A stretch of DNA of 64,000 nt from Dysosmobacter segnis (GTDB lineage Bacteria; Bacillota; Clostridia; Lachnospirales; Lachnospiraceae), in the NCBI GenBank assembly GCA_963659325.1, contig CAVKTR010000005.1, forward strand, positions 2,817 through 66,816. Reading direction: 5' to 3'. Shown piece after piece: positions 9,925 through 19,687 of the stretch; position 1 is the stretch's first letter; each line of letters starts with the position of its first letter. Both the position numbers and the translations under genes were made by a program. The notes beneath the pieces were generated by a model. It was not told the DNA's origin, made no database searches, and worked only from the letters and a program-made list of their open reading frames with translations.

Positions 9925-12486
9925 ATGGATAAATTTTCAGTAACAGGCATGAGCTGTGCGGCCTGCAGTGCTCATGTGGAAAAAGCTGTGGCGAAGGTAC
10001 CCGGCGTAACTTCCGTTACCGTCAGTCTGCTGACCAATTCCATGAACGTGGAAGGTACGGCAGCACCGTCAGATATTATACAGGCGGTTACCCAGGCGGG
10101 GTATGGTGCTTCTTTGCAGGGCGGAGAGCAGAATACTTCCGCACCGGCTTTTGATGAGGAGGCATTGAAGGATCATGAGACACCAAAATTGCGGAAACGT
10201 CTGATCGCGTCTGTTGTGATCCTGATTCCGTTAATGTATGTTTCTATGGGACATATGATGTGGAACTGGCCGCTTCCTTCCTTTATGGCAGGAAATCATG
10301 TGGCCATGGGACTGTATCAGATGCTTCTGACCATTCTGGTCATGATCATCAACCAGAAGTTTTTTATCAGTGGATTTACAAGCCTGCTGCACAAGTCTCC
10401 AAACATGGATACGATGGTAGCGCTTGGTTCCGGTGCATCTTTTGCATACAGTACTTACGCATTATTTGCCATGACCGGCGCACAGATGCGGATGGATATG
10501 GATGCTATAATGCAGTATATGGATGAGTTTTATTTTGAATCTGCAGCCATGATTCTGACATTGATCACAGTTGGAAAAATGCTGGAGGCTTATTCCAAAG
10601 GAAAAACAACCAATGCCTTAAAGAGTCTGATGCAGCTTGCCCCGAAAAAAGCAACGATTCTGCGGGATGGTGAGGAGGTTTCTGTTCCGGTGGAGCAGGT
10701 ACAGATCGGAGATATTTTTGTTGTTCGTCCGGGCGAAAGCGTTCCGGTAGACGGTGTGATCATTGAGGGAAACAGTGCGTTAAACGAATCTGCCCTGACT
10801 GGTGAGAGTATTCCGGTGGACAAGGCAGAGGGTGACAGCGTATCTGCAGCTACTTTAAATCAGTCCGGATTCTTAAAATGCCGGGCAACCAGAGTCGGAA
10901 ATGATACGACACTTTCCCAGATCATTCAGATGGTCAGCGATGCGGCTGCAACAAAAGCACCGATCGCAAAAGTTGCGGATAAAGTATCTGGTGTTTTTGT
11001 ACCGGCAGTTATTTCTATTGCAATAGTGACAATTATTGTATGGCTTTTAGTTGGTCAGGATTTCGGCTTTGCATTGGCAAGAGGAATTTCCGTACTGGTT
11101 ATCAGCTGCCCATGTGCATTAGGGCTTGCGACACCAGTTGCCATCATGGTTGGAAACGGCGTTGGTGCGAAAAACGGTGTGTTATTTAAGACCGCGGTAT
11201 CTCTGGAAGAGACTGGAAAAGTGGATATTGTGGCGTTGGATAAGACCGGTACCATCACACAGGGTGAACCGAAAGTAACAGATATGATACCGGGTGAGGG
11301 TATCACGAAAGATACATTAATGCAGACTGCATTAGCGCTGGAGTTAAAGAGTGAGCATCCGCTGGCAAAAGCGATTGTGGCATACGGCGAGGAGCAGCAG
11401 ATTACGGTTTCTGCCGCAGATGATTTTCAGGCAATGCCGGGAAACGGCCTATCAGGAATTGTTTCCGGTGTGCGTGTGTTTGGCGGAAATCTGAAATTTA
11501 TTTCCGGAAAAACAACCGTTTCCGAGCAGATGCAGCGTCAGGCAGAAGAACTTGCAAAACAGGGAAAAACACCGCTGTTTTTTGCAACAGAGGAGAAACT
11601 TTTTGGTATTATTGCGGTAGCCGATGTTATCAAAGAAGACAGTCCGCAGGCAATTTCACAGCTTCAGAATATGGGAATTGAAGTCGTTATGCTGACCGGT
11701 GATAATGAGCGTACTGCCGAGGCTATTGGCGCACAGGCAGGCGTAGATCGAGTTATCGCAGGTGTCCTGCCGGATGGTAAGGAACGTGTGATCCGTGAAT
11801 TGCAGCAGCGCGGAAAAGTTGCTATGGTCGGTGACGGAATCAATGATGCTCCGGCGTTAACCCGTGCGGATATGGGAATTGCCATCGGAGCAGGTGCGGA
11901 TGTAGCCCTGGATGCGGCAGATGTCGTTCTGGTAAAAAGCAGCCTTTCCGATGTGCCGGCTGCCATCCGCCTGAGCCGTGCAGTACTTCGAAATATTCAC
12001 GAAAATCTGTTCTGGGCGTTCATTTATAACGTAATAGGTATTCCGATTGCCGCCGGAGTGTGGTATCATTGGTTTGGACTGAAATTAAACCCGATGTTCG
12101 GAGCGGCAGCCATGAGTTTATCCAGCTTCTGCGTGGTAACCAATGCACTGCGTCTGAATTTTGTAAAGGTTTACAGTACAAAGAGAGATAAAAAGAAAAA
12201 TCATAAGAAGAATCAGCAGGATGTACAGATTGTAGTAAATACAGACGTAATGGCTGAAAAACAGGAGGAGAATGACATGGAGAAAGTAATTGAGATCAAA
12301 GGAATGATGTGTGGACACTGCGAGGCACACGTAAAGAAAGCGTTAGAGGTATTAGATGGTGTTGCATCCGCAGAAGCAAGCCATGAGAAAGGATCTGCTA
12401 TTGTTCAGTTATCCGGTTCCGTTGATGATGCTGCACTGAAAAAAGCAGTAGAAGAGGAAGGTTACGAGGTAACCGGAATTCGCTAG
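9925..12486 (+). CDS. copA: Cu(I)-translocating P1B-type ATPase with N- and C-terminal HMA domains
   Basis: GMSCAAC, TGES, CPC, DKTGT, SEHPL, GDGINDAP, YN and MSLSS motifs; C-terminal GMMCGHC. Confidence 0.95.
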   Translation: MDKFSVTGMSCAACSAHVEKAVAKVPGVTSVTVSLLTNSMNVEGTAAPSDIIQAVTQAGYGASLQGGEQNTSAPAFDEEALKDHETPKLRKRLIASVVILIPLMYVSMGHMMWNWPLPSFMAGNHVAMGLYQMLLTILVMIINQKFFISGFTSLLHKSPNMDTMVALGSGASFAYSTYALFAMTGAQMRMDMDAIMQYMDEFYFESAAMILTLITVGKMLEAYSKGKTTNALKSLMQLAPKKATILRDGEEVSVPVEQVQIGDIFVVRPGESVPVDGVIIEGNSALNESALTGESIPVDKAEGDSVSAATLNQSGFLKCRATRVGNDTTLSQIIQMVSDAAATKAPIAKVADKVSGVFVPAVISIAIVTIIVWLLVGQDFGFALARGISVLVISCPCALGLATPVAIMVGNGVGAKNGVLFKTAVSLEETGKVDIVALDKTGTITQGEPKVTDMIPGEGITKDTLMQTALALELKSEHPLAKAIVAYGEEQQITVSAADDFQAMPGNGLSGIVSGVRVFGGNLKFISGKTTVSEQMQRQAEELAKQGKTPLFFATEEKLFGIIAVADVIKEDSPQAISQLQNMGIEVVMLTGDNERTAEAIGAQAGVDRVIAGVLPDGKERVIRELQQRGKVAMVGDGINDAPALTRADMGIAIGAGADVALDAADVVLVKSSLSDVPAAIRLSRAVLRNIHENLFWAFIYNVIGIPIAAGVWYHWFGLKLNPMFGAAAMSLSSFCVVTNALRLNFVKVYSTKRDKKKNHKKNQQDVQIVVNTDVMAEKQEENDMEKVIEIKGMMCGHCEAHVKKALEVLDGVASAEASHEKGSAIVQLSGSVDDAALKKAVEEEGYEVTGIR
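12277..12486 (+). CDS. Putative nested in-frame CopZ-like copper chaperone (69 aa) inside copA
   Basis: AGGAGG at 12263-12268 lies 8 nt before an in-frame ATG that starts exactly at the HMA domain (MEKVIEIKGMMCGHC). Confidence 0.5.
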   Translation: MEKVIEIKGMMCGHCEAHVKKALEVLDGVASAEASHEKGSAIVQLSGSVDDAALKKAVEEEGYEVTGIR

Positions 12487-12516
12487 GATATCATTTTGAA
12501 ATAAAAATTATATGAA

Positions 12517-12581
12517 AGAGAATGTCACTTTGGGTATTCCATATACGATTGTATGTGTGAGTGCGCAAAGTGGCATTCTTT
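12517..12581 (+). terminator. Long stem-loop after copA (weak terminator or mRNA stabiliser)
   Basis: AGAATGTCACTTTG pairs with CAAAGTGGCATTCT, plus an inner stem; only a short T-tract. Confidence 0.5.
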
Positions 12582-12604
12582 GGGTTAAAAAAGGCAGGTA
12601 AGTT

Positions 12605-14338
12605 ATGGCAAAAATCAAGCATTTAATATTTGACATGGGAAATGTACTCATGCGTTATGATCCGGAAGTTCCATTACGGGAATATGTTTCTTCAGAGGAA
12701 GCGAGAAATCTGATCAGGAAAGAACTGTTCCAGGGACCGGAATGGGTAGAACGGGACAGAGGAACGATTTCCAGAGAAGAAATGTATGAGAGCGTGGCAA
12801 AAAGAATTCCGGAGCAATACCATGAGGAATTAAAAAAATGTGTGTATGGTTGGGATATCTGTATGGAACCGCTGGAAGAATCTGTAAAGCTCTGCGAGGA
12901 TGCACGGAAGTGGGGATATCAGACTTACGTGCTTTCCAATGCGGCGGCAGATGAATTTTACCGGTATTTCCCGAAATTTTCTCCGCTGGAGGCATTTGAA
13001 GGTGTCATGATCTCTTCTGATGTGCATCTGATCAAACCGGACGTGCGGATTTATGAATGTCTGTTAGAAAAATATCAGTTGAACCCGAAAGAATGTCTGT
13101 TTTTGGATGATCGGGAAGATAACGTGGAAGGTGCCCGAAAAGCCGGTATGCAGTCGATGGTATTCACGGAGGATTACGAGAGCCTCCGGGCATTTTTGAA
13201 AGGGAATGCAGGAATCGTGGACGATGAGATGGATCAAGATTCTTCAAATACCGGAAAAGAGAAAGAAGTAAAAACGACAGAAAGTATAAAAGATAACAAA
13301 TCAGGTGCTACATCTGTAGTATCAGAAAAGAAAAAGGATTTATTACATAAAGTGACAAAAACAATGCGTGCCGTATTGATTCCATTGATTATGGCGGCAA
13401 CCGTCCTTACTTCGGCATGTTCCCTGTCTCCGGCACCGGAACCGCGTACCACACAGGCAGAAACCAGTGGTCAGGCCGTCGCGTCTACAGACAGCAGTAC
13501 TGCATCACAGAGCAGTGAAAGTATATCGCTGGACAGCATTCCTGCATATTCCGGTCAGCCTTATGTAGAGATCAACAATAACGTACCTGATTTTACAGAT
13601 GCTGACATGCAGACGGCATCTTATGAGGATTATTCGGAGCTGGACAGACTTGGCAGATGCGGTGTGGCAAATGCGATTGTCGGCGTTGATCTGATGCCGA
13701 CGGAGGAACGAGGAGCCATTGGTCAGATAAGACCGAGTGGCTGGCATACGATCAAATATGAAGGAATCGATGGTAACTATTTATATAACCGCTGCCACCT
13801 GATCGGATATCAGCTCAGTGGTGAAAATGCGAATGAAAAGAATCTGATCACAGGAACACGTTATCTGAACGTGACAGGAATGTTACCTTTTGAGGATGAA
13901 GTAGCAGATTATGTGAAACAGAACAACGCACATGTGCGTTACCGTGTGACTCCGATTTTTGAGGGAGATAATCTGGTGGCTTCCGGTGTACAGATGGAAG
14001 CAAAATCTGTGGAAGATAACGGGGCAGGTGTCTGTTATAATATCTATGTCTACAATGTGCAGCCGGGAGTTGTCATTGATTATGCTACCGGAGACAGCAG
14101 AAAGGCAACCGATGAGGAGGCAGCGTCACAGTCTGCATCCACAGCCAGAGCGTCCGGTCAGCAGTCTCAGGCAACAGAAAAGACATACGTTTTAAATACA
14201 AATACGATGAAATATCATACGCCGGATTGTTCCAGTGTGGCAGATATCAAGGAAAATAACCGTCAGGAATATACTGGAAGCGCGGCAGAACTTCAGCAGC
14301 AGGGGTATGAACCATGTGGCAGATGCCATCCGGAATAA
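12605..14338 (+). CDS. Fusion: HAD-family phosphatase + hydrophobic/lipobox segment + DNA/RNA non-specific endonuclease + C-terminal Zn-binding domain
   Basis: IFDMGNVL, LSNA, KP, FLDD (HAD); LIPLIMAATVLTSAC; YNRCHLIG and NLITGTRYLN (EndA/Spd1-like His-Me nuclease); YHTPDC...PCGRC. Confidence 0.8.
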   Translation: MAKIKHLIFDMGNVLMRYDPEVPLREYVSSEEARNLIRKELFQGPEWVERDRGTISREEMYESVAKRIPEQYHEELKKCVYGWDICMEPLEESVKLCEDARKWGYQTYVLSNAAADEFYRYFPKFSPLEAFEGVMISSDVHLIKPDVRIYECLLEKYQLNPKECLFLDDREDNVEGARKAGMQSMVFTEDYESLRAFLKGNAGIVDDEMDQDSSNTGKEKEVKTTESIKDNKSGATSVVSEKKKDLLHKVTKTMRAVLIPLIMAATVLTSACSLSPAPEPRTTQAETSGQAVASTDSSTASQSSESISLDSIPAYSGQPYVEINNNVPDFTDADMQTASYEDYSELDRLGRCGVANAIVGVDLMPTEERGAIGQIRPSGWHTIKYEGIDGNYLYNRCHLIGYQLSGENANEKNLITGTRYLNVTGMLPFEDEVADYVKQNNAHVRYRVTPIFEGDNLVASGVQMEAKSVEDNGAGVCYNIYVYNVQPGVVIDYATGDSRKATDEEAASQSASTARASGQQSQATEKTYVLNTNTMKYHTPDCSSVADIKENNRQEYTGSAAELQQQGYEPCGRCHPE

Positions 14339-14420
14339 AGAAAACAAAAAAATGCATAAACATATGTTTTGTGTGTATCCGCAGTAATCATAATTGCACA
14401 GTATAATTTCAAAAATTAGT

Positions 14421-14453
14421 AACAGGAAGGAAAAAACATCCCTTCCTGTTTTT
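14421..14453. terminator. Terminator between convergent genes
   Basis: AACAGGAAGG / CCTTCCTGTT stem followed by TTT. Confidence 0.65.
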
Positions 14454-14456
14454 ACA

Positions 14457-15350
14457 TCAGCGTGTGTTGCGATACTCCCTTGGGGTACACCCCATGATCG
14501 ATTTGAAGGTTTTTGAAAAATAACTTGGGCTGGAAAATCCACAACTATTACAGATATCAATAATACTCTGCTCCCCGGAATCCAGCATATGACAGGCTTT
14601 TTCAATCCGATAGTGGATCAGATACTGGATCGGAGACTGTCGGATGACATTGCGGAAGGAACGCTGTACTTCCCGTTCGCAGATATTGGCGGTCTGTGCC
14701 AGCTGTTTCAGTGAAATCGATTCAGTATAATTATTCTGAATATACCGGATCATTTTTTTGATATGCTGCATTTCCTGGGAACTTTCATTCTGACTGTGGG
14801 AGGCAAGCTCTGTCCGGTTTTGCGCCAGCAATAGAAAAATCCTGGATAATTTTTCACGGATATCAAATTCGTAGCCGAAAGGCTTTTTACGGGCAATTTC
14901 AGAGGCATCGGAAACCAGACCAATGATTTCTTTTTCCCAGGAAACTGCAGGTGTCAGGTGTATGTAGGGCAGTGAGATACTGGATGTCGCAATGGGAGCC
15001 ATATATTTTTTCCAGAAGACGGTATGCTTTGAGCCATAGAGCAGCCGCCCGTGGAACACAAGATCCTCCTTGTAAAAATCCTTTGTTGCCTGAGTTGTTT
15101 CCTGAGAATGCAGAGTCCCGGTATTGATAAAAATGGCTTCTCCGGCGTGCAGCGTCAGATGGTCGGTTCCCACAGATAACGGACAGGAGCCGCTTCGGAC
15201 GATTGATAATTCATATTCTTCATGCCAGTGCCAGCGGACATCGTGGGTACTGGCATCGGTATAATAAGCAGCACATGGGAAGGCGGTATCGCCGTGTGCA
15301 CGGTTTTCCCAGAAATCGTCCGAAACCGAGATTGTTATAGTATCTTTCAT
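14457..15350 (-). CDS. AraC-family transcriptional regulator (cupin + HTH)
   Basis: WHWHEEYE cupin; C-terminal CGFSSPSYFSKTFK...GCTPREYR. Confidence 0.92.
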   Translation of the reverse strand: MKDTITISVSDDFWENRAHGDTAFPCAAYYTDASTHDVRWHWHEEYELSIVRSGSCPLSVGTDHLTLHAGEAIFINTGTLHSQETTQATKDFYKEDLVFHGRLLYGSKHTVFWKKYMAPIATSSISLPYIHLTPAVSWEKEIIGLVSDASEIARKKPFGYEFDIREKLSRIFLLLAQNRTELASHSQNESSQEMQHIKKMIRYIQNNYTESISLKQLAQTANICEREVQRSFRNVIRQSPIQYLIHYRIEKACHMLDSGEQSIIDICNSCGFSSPSYFSKTFKSIMGCTPREYRNTR

Positions 15351-15492
15351 TATTATCTTCCAATCATTTCAAATAAGTCGCTTTTGTTATATTTTATGTC
15401 ACATCTGTTATGGATGCAAGAGGATATTTGCTATAGTATAGAGTGAGTTTTGAAAGGAATTTCAATCAGTGAGATTTGAGGAGGTATTTGAT

Positions 15493-16812
15493 ATGACAAA
15501 GGACATGACTTCGGGTTCTACCCTGAAGCACATTATAAATTTTGCAGTTCCACTGTGTCTTGGTATGCTGTTTCAGCAGTTGTACAGTATGGTGGATACG
15601 ATGATTGTTGGTAAGGTGCTTGGCGTACAGCCACTGGCGGGTGTCGGCGCGACCGGTTCCTTAAACTTTATGATTATCTGGTTCTGCATCGGCATCTGCA
15701 ACGGATTTTCCATTCCAATCGCGCAGGCCTTTGGCGCAAATAAAGAGGTGGATCTGCGCAGATATGTGACAAACAGCACTTGGCTGTGTGTATTTTTCAG
15801 TATTGTGATCACATTTTTCGTGTCAATTTTCACGAGAAATATGCTGGTACTGCTTCGGACACCGGAGGATATTTTTGAATATGCATATATTTACATACTG
15901 ATCATCTTCCTTGGAATTCCGTGCACGTTTCTGTATAATTTCCTGGCAGGTGTGGCCAGAGCCCTTGGTGATTCCAAAACTCCGCTGATGTTCCTGATTT
16001 TATCTTCAGTGGTCAATATTGTACTGGATTTTGTATTAATGATTCCAATTCCGCTTGGTGTGGCAGGAGCGGCGATTGCAACGGTAATTTCACAGGGCAT
16101 TTCCGGTGTGATCTGCCTGTTTTATATGAAGAAAAAATTCCCGGTTCTGAGAGCAACGAAAGATGAATGGCGAATTCGCAAAAGTTATGCGATGCGTTTA
16201 TGCGGTATCGGAATCCCGATGGGACTTCAGTACTCCATTACAGCCATTGGTACACTGGTAATTACAGCGGCAGTCAATGTACTTGGCTCTGTGGCTGTGG
16301 CAGGTGTGACAGCGGCGCAGAAGATCAACAACCTGATCACCTGCCCGATTGAATCTCTGGGACAGACCATGGCACCGTATGTTGGGCAGAATATCGGTGC
16401 AGGTAAAAAGGAACGTGTCAGTGACGGACTGAAAAAGGCGTCCTTCTGTGGATTTATCTGGTCCGGAATCTGTATTCCGATTGTTTTATTGCTTGGAAAA
16501 CCGATGACGATGCTGTTTTTAAGTGAACCAAACCAGGAAGTATTAGAGTATTCTTTCCTGTATCTGCTTGTCAGCACATTAGGATATTGTCTGCTGACAC
16601 TGGTGAATACCGTGCGTTTTTCCATTCAGGGTATGGGCTTTTCCAGTTTTGCAATGACTGCGGGGGTGCTTGAGATGATCGCGCGAACCATTGCGGGTGT
16701 TGCACTGGCGCCGACCATCGGATTTATGGGGATTTGTCTGGCGAATGTGCTGGCATGGATATTTGCGGATGCTTTCCTGCTGCCGGCCTTCCGACATTGC
16801 ATCAAAAAGTAA
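15493..16812 (+). CDS. MATE-family efflux transporter
   Basis: QQLYSMVDTMIVG, RALGDSKTPL, GAAIATVISQ, GQNIGAG; many TM helices. Confidence 0.92.
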   Translation: MTKDMTSGSTLKHIINFAVPLCLGMLFQQLYSMVDTMIVGKVLGVQPLAGVGATGSLNFMIIWFCIGICNGFSIPIAQAFGANKEVDLRRYVTNSTWLCVFFSIVITFFVSIFTRNMLVLLRTPEDIFEYAYIYILIIFLGIPCTFLYNFLAGVARALGDSKTPLMFLILSSVVNIVLDFVLMIPIPLGVAGAAIATVISQGISGVICLFYMKKKFPVLRATKDEWRIRKSYAMRLCGIGIPMGLQYSITAIGTLVITAAVNVLGSVAVAGVTAAQKINNLITCPIESLGQTMAPYVGQNIGAGKKERVSDGLKKASFCGFIWSGICIPIVLLLGKPMTMLFLSEPNQEVLEYSFLYLLVSTLGYCLLTLVNTVRFSIQGMGFSSFAMTAGVLEMIARTIAGVALAPTIGFMGICLANVLAWIFADAFLLPAFRHCIKK

Positions 16813-16825
16813 AAATACAGAAATT

Positions 16826-16867
16826 AAAAAAGCCGAAACATAGGAAACATCCTGTGCTTCGGCTTTT
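16826..16867. terminator. Bidirectional terminator between MATE and xpt
   Basis: AAAAGCCGAAACATAGGA / TCCTGTGCTTCGGCTTTT with A- and T-tracts on the flanks. Confidence 0.7.
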
Positions 16868-16896
16868 CGTTTGCCATTGGAATGCTAATCTGTTGA

Positions 16897-17478
16897 TTAC
16901 GCTTCTTCTGGAATAAATTCAATATGATTTTCAGCAAGTTTGGAAATTCTTGCGAGAGAGTATACATGAATTCCCTGTTCAGTCAGTTTGTCACGACCCG
17001 GCTGGAATGATTTCTCAATAAGGATTCCAAGACCGGCAACAGTAGCATGTGCTTTTCTTAACAGGCGGATCGCACCGGTAGCTGCTTCGCCGTTTGCAAG
17101 AAAATCGTCAATGATCAGAACGTGATCTGTCTCATCAATCTGTTCTGCGGAAAGAGTCAGCTCATAGCTTGTTCCTTTTGTAAAGGAAGTAACCATTGTC
17201 TGATACAGGTTTTTATTCAGAACTTTGGATGGCTGTTTTTTCAGAATAACCATCGGAATTTCCATCTCGATCGCTGTGGTAAGGGCAGGAGCAATACCTG
17301 AGCTTTCAATGGTGACAACTTTTGTGATTCCCTGATTTGCGAAATGTGCGGCGAAATCTTTGCCGATCTCTTTCATAAGCAATGGGTCAACCTTGTGGTT
17401 GATAAAACTGTCTACCTTTAAAATATCTTCATTAACGGCCACGCCGTCTGTTTTAATCTTTTCTTCCAGTAACTGCAT
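16897..17478 (-). CDS. xpt: Xanthine phosphoribosyltransferase
   Basis: [35 protein letters not shown] motifs. Confidence 0.95.
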   Translation of the reverse strand: MQLLEEKIKTDGVAVNEDILKVDSFINHKVDPLLMKEIGKDFAAHFANQGITKVVTIESSGIAPALTTAIEMEIPMVILKKQPSKVLNKNLYQTMVTSFTKGTSYELTLSAEQIDETDHVLIIDDFLANGEAATGAIRLLRKAHATVAGLGILIEKSFQPGRDKLTEQGIHVYSLARISKLAENHIEFIPEEA

Positions 17479-17616
17479 GATATTCCTCCACTATGTTTTC
17501 ACCGAATAATCCGGTTAATATAATTTGAAATCATTATAGCACATATTTTTTACATTAAAAAGCCTATTACGAAAAATTTCTTTACAGAAAAATTCAGTTG
17601 TGAAATAATGATGCGT

Positions 17617-18096
17617 ATGAACATAACAATTTATACTGTAGGAAAAATCAAAGAAAAATTTTACCGTCAGGCCATTGAAGAATATGAAAAGCGCCTGAGC
17701 CGGTACTGTAAACTGAAAATCGTGGAAGTGGCGGATGAGAAAACGCCGGATCATGCCAGCGAATTACAAAATCAGCAGATCAAAGAAAAGGAAGGAGAAC
17801 GTCTGCTGAAACAGATGAAGGATGGCAGTTTTATCATTGCGCTGGCCATTCAGGGCAAAAAGATGGATTCGGTCGCTTTTTCAGAAAAAATAGATGCGCT
17901 GGGGCTTCACGGAGTCAGTGATATCAGATTTGTCATTGGAGGATCCCTGGGACTTTCGGATGCCGTTTTGAACCGGGCAGATATGCTGCTCAGTTTTTCG
18001 GACATGACATTTCCGCATCAGCTGATGCGTGTGATCCTTCTGGAGCAGGTGTACCGGGCCTATCGGATCAGTTGCAAGGAACCGTATCATAAATAA
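17617..18096 (+). CDS. rlmH: 23S rRNA pseudouridine-1915 N3-methyltransferase
   Basis: [44 protein letters not shown]. Confidence 0.96.
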   Translation: MNITIYTVGKIKEKFYRQAIEEYEKRLSRYCKLKIVEVADEKTPDHASELQNQQIKEKEGERLLKQMKDGSFIIALAIQGKKMDSVAFSEKIDALGLHGVSDIRFVIGGSLGLSDAVLNRADMLLSFSDMTFPHQLMRVILLEQVYRAYRISCKEPYHK

Positions 18097-18103
18097 AACA
18101 GAA

Positions 18104-18132
18104 GTTATAAGGATGCTGCTTTTTCATATAAT
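18104..18132 (+). promoter_or_regulatory. Sigma-E-like sporulation promoter of yqfC-yqfD
   Basis: GTTATAA-14 nt-CATATAAT; yqfCD is SigE-controlled in Bacillus. Confidence 0.6.
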
Positions 18133-18138
18133 GATGGT

Positions 18139-18417
18139 ATGAAGAGAAAAAGCAAAACAGTGGCTGATCAGATGACGAAGCGCCTGGAACTGCCAAAGGA
18201 TCTGATGTTTGGGGCGGCGATCATTACCGTCACAGGCAGAAGTGATCTGATGGTGGAAAACTATAAAGGCATTCTGGAATACCGTCAGGATAAGATCCGG
18301 CTTTCCCTGAAACAGGGACAGGTGGAAATAACAGGGGAACAGTTAAAAATCGAATATTACACCAGCGAAGATATGCGAATCACAGGAAGAATCGACCGAG
18401 TGGAATATGGCATGTGA
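18139..18417 (+). CDS. yqfC: YabP/YqfC-family sporulation protein
   Basis: LELPKDL, VENYKGILEY, ITGRI; directly upstream of yqfD. Confidence 0.88.
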   Translation: MKRKSKTVADQMTKRLELPKDLMFGAAIITVTGRSDLMVENYKGILEYRQDKIRLSLKQGQVEITGEQLKIEYYTSEDMRITGRIDRVEYGM

Positions 18418-18430
18418 GGAGACGCGTATT

Positions 18431-19687
18431 GTGCTGAAAGTGATCAAATTTTTTCGGGGGTATCTGTATGTGCGCCTGACCGGATATTCGCCGGAGCGTT
18501 TTTTTAATCTCTGTGGAAATGCGGGAATCATTCTGTGGGACATTGAACCGGAAGATGACGGCTATCATTTTTGTATCAGTCTGCAGGCTTTCCGCAGGCT
18601 TCGCCCGATGCTGCGAAAAAGCGGAACCCGGATTCGGATCGAGAAACGGGTCGGTCTGCCCTTTTTAAGCTTTCGTTACCGGCATCATCGTTTTTTTCTG
18701 GTGGGGCTGGCTGCATTGTTTGTGGTGTTGTTTTCCATGTCGCGGTTTATCTGGATGGTAGATGTGTCCGGAAACAGCCGTTATTCGACGCAGGTGCTGA
18801 CAGATTATCTGCAGCAGGAAGGCATTGGATACGGCACGCCAAAAAGCAGTATCGACTGCGAAGAGACAGAATTGCTGCTGCGGGATCATTTTCCGGATAT
18901 TATCTGGGTGTCTGTCCGGATGGCAGGCACCAGGCTGTATCTGGAAGTGCAGGAACAGCTTCTGGGCGCTGAGGCAAAGCAGGATGAGGACCAGACAGAT
19001 GCCACAGATCTGCTGGCGGACGTGTCCGGAACCGTGGATTCCATTGTTGTGCGCCGGGGGACCCCTCTGGTACAGAAGGGTGATGCGGTGGAGGAAGGAA
19101 CGCTGCTGGTTAGCGGAATGCTGGAATTACAGGATGACAGCGGGGAGACGGCAGCGTATGAGTACTGCAATGCGGATGCAGACGTGTATATTCGCACGAC
19201 GATTCCTTTTGAAACAACGTTTCCATTAGAAAAAACGGTGTATCAAAAGACTGGAAAACGCAGGTTTGGCATTGTTTTCGTATTAGGAAACCGTCAGATT
19301 TCTTTTTTTGACCGCCAGACAAAAGGATTTCTTGTACGCAGCAGTTATCAGTATCCGCGTATCGGAAAGGATTTTTATCTGCCGGTGCAGGTGATTTTAA
19401 GGGAAAAGGAATCGTACACGGTGGAAAAAGTTCCTTACAGCAAAGCAGAGATTAAAGCACTGGCGGAAGAGAAACTTACGGACTATTGTAAGAAATTGGA
19501 AGAAAAAGGTATTCAAATATCAGGAAAAAGTGGTATTATTAAAACGACTGACACGGAAATTTCCGTGCAGGGGTCTCTGGAGGCTGTTGTGAAGGCAACC
19601 CGCCGGACGGAGACGGAAAAGATGATGAGACAGGAAGGAACAGGCACATATGGAATTGACGCAACAGATGTTGGACATTCCGATTGA
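18431..19687 (+). CDS. yqfD: Stage IV sporulation protein YqfD
   Basis: GYSPERFFNLC, one TM helix, GTPLVQKGDAVEEGTLLVSG; yqfC-yqfD-phoH synteny; GTG after GAGGAG. Confidence 0.88.
   Translation: MLKVIKFFRGYLYVRLTGYSPERFFNLCGNAGIILWDIEPEDDGYHFCISLQAFRRLRPMLRKSGTRIRIEKRVGLPFLSFRYRHHRFFLVGLAALFVVLFSMSRFIWMVDVSGNSRYSTQVLTDYLQQEGIGYGTPKSSIDCEETELLLRDHFPDIIWVSVRMAGTRLYLEVQEQLLGAEAKQDEDQTDATDLLADVSGTVDSIVVRRGTPLVQKGDAVEEGTLLVSGMLELQDDSGETAAYEYCNADADVYIRTTIPFETTFPLEKTVYQKTGKRRFGIVFVLGNRQISFFDRQTKGFLVRSSYQYPRIGKDFYLPVQVILREKESYTVEKVPYSKAEIKALAEEKLTDYCKKLEEKGIQISGKSGIIKTTDTEISVQGSLEAVVKATRRTETEKMMRQEGTGTYGIDATDVGHSD

Noticed and set aside
17479..17600. Purine riboswitch upstream of xpt
   Set aside because: The -10 (TGCTATAAT) is about 55 nt from the start, and the aptamer signatures are absent.
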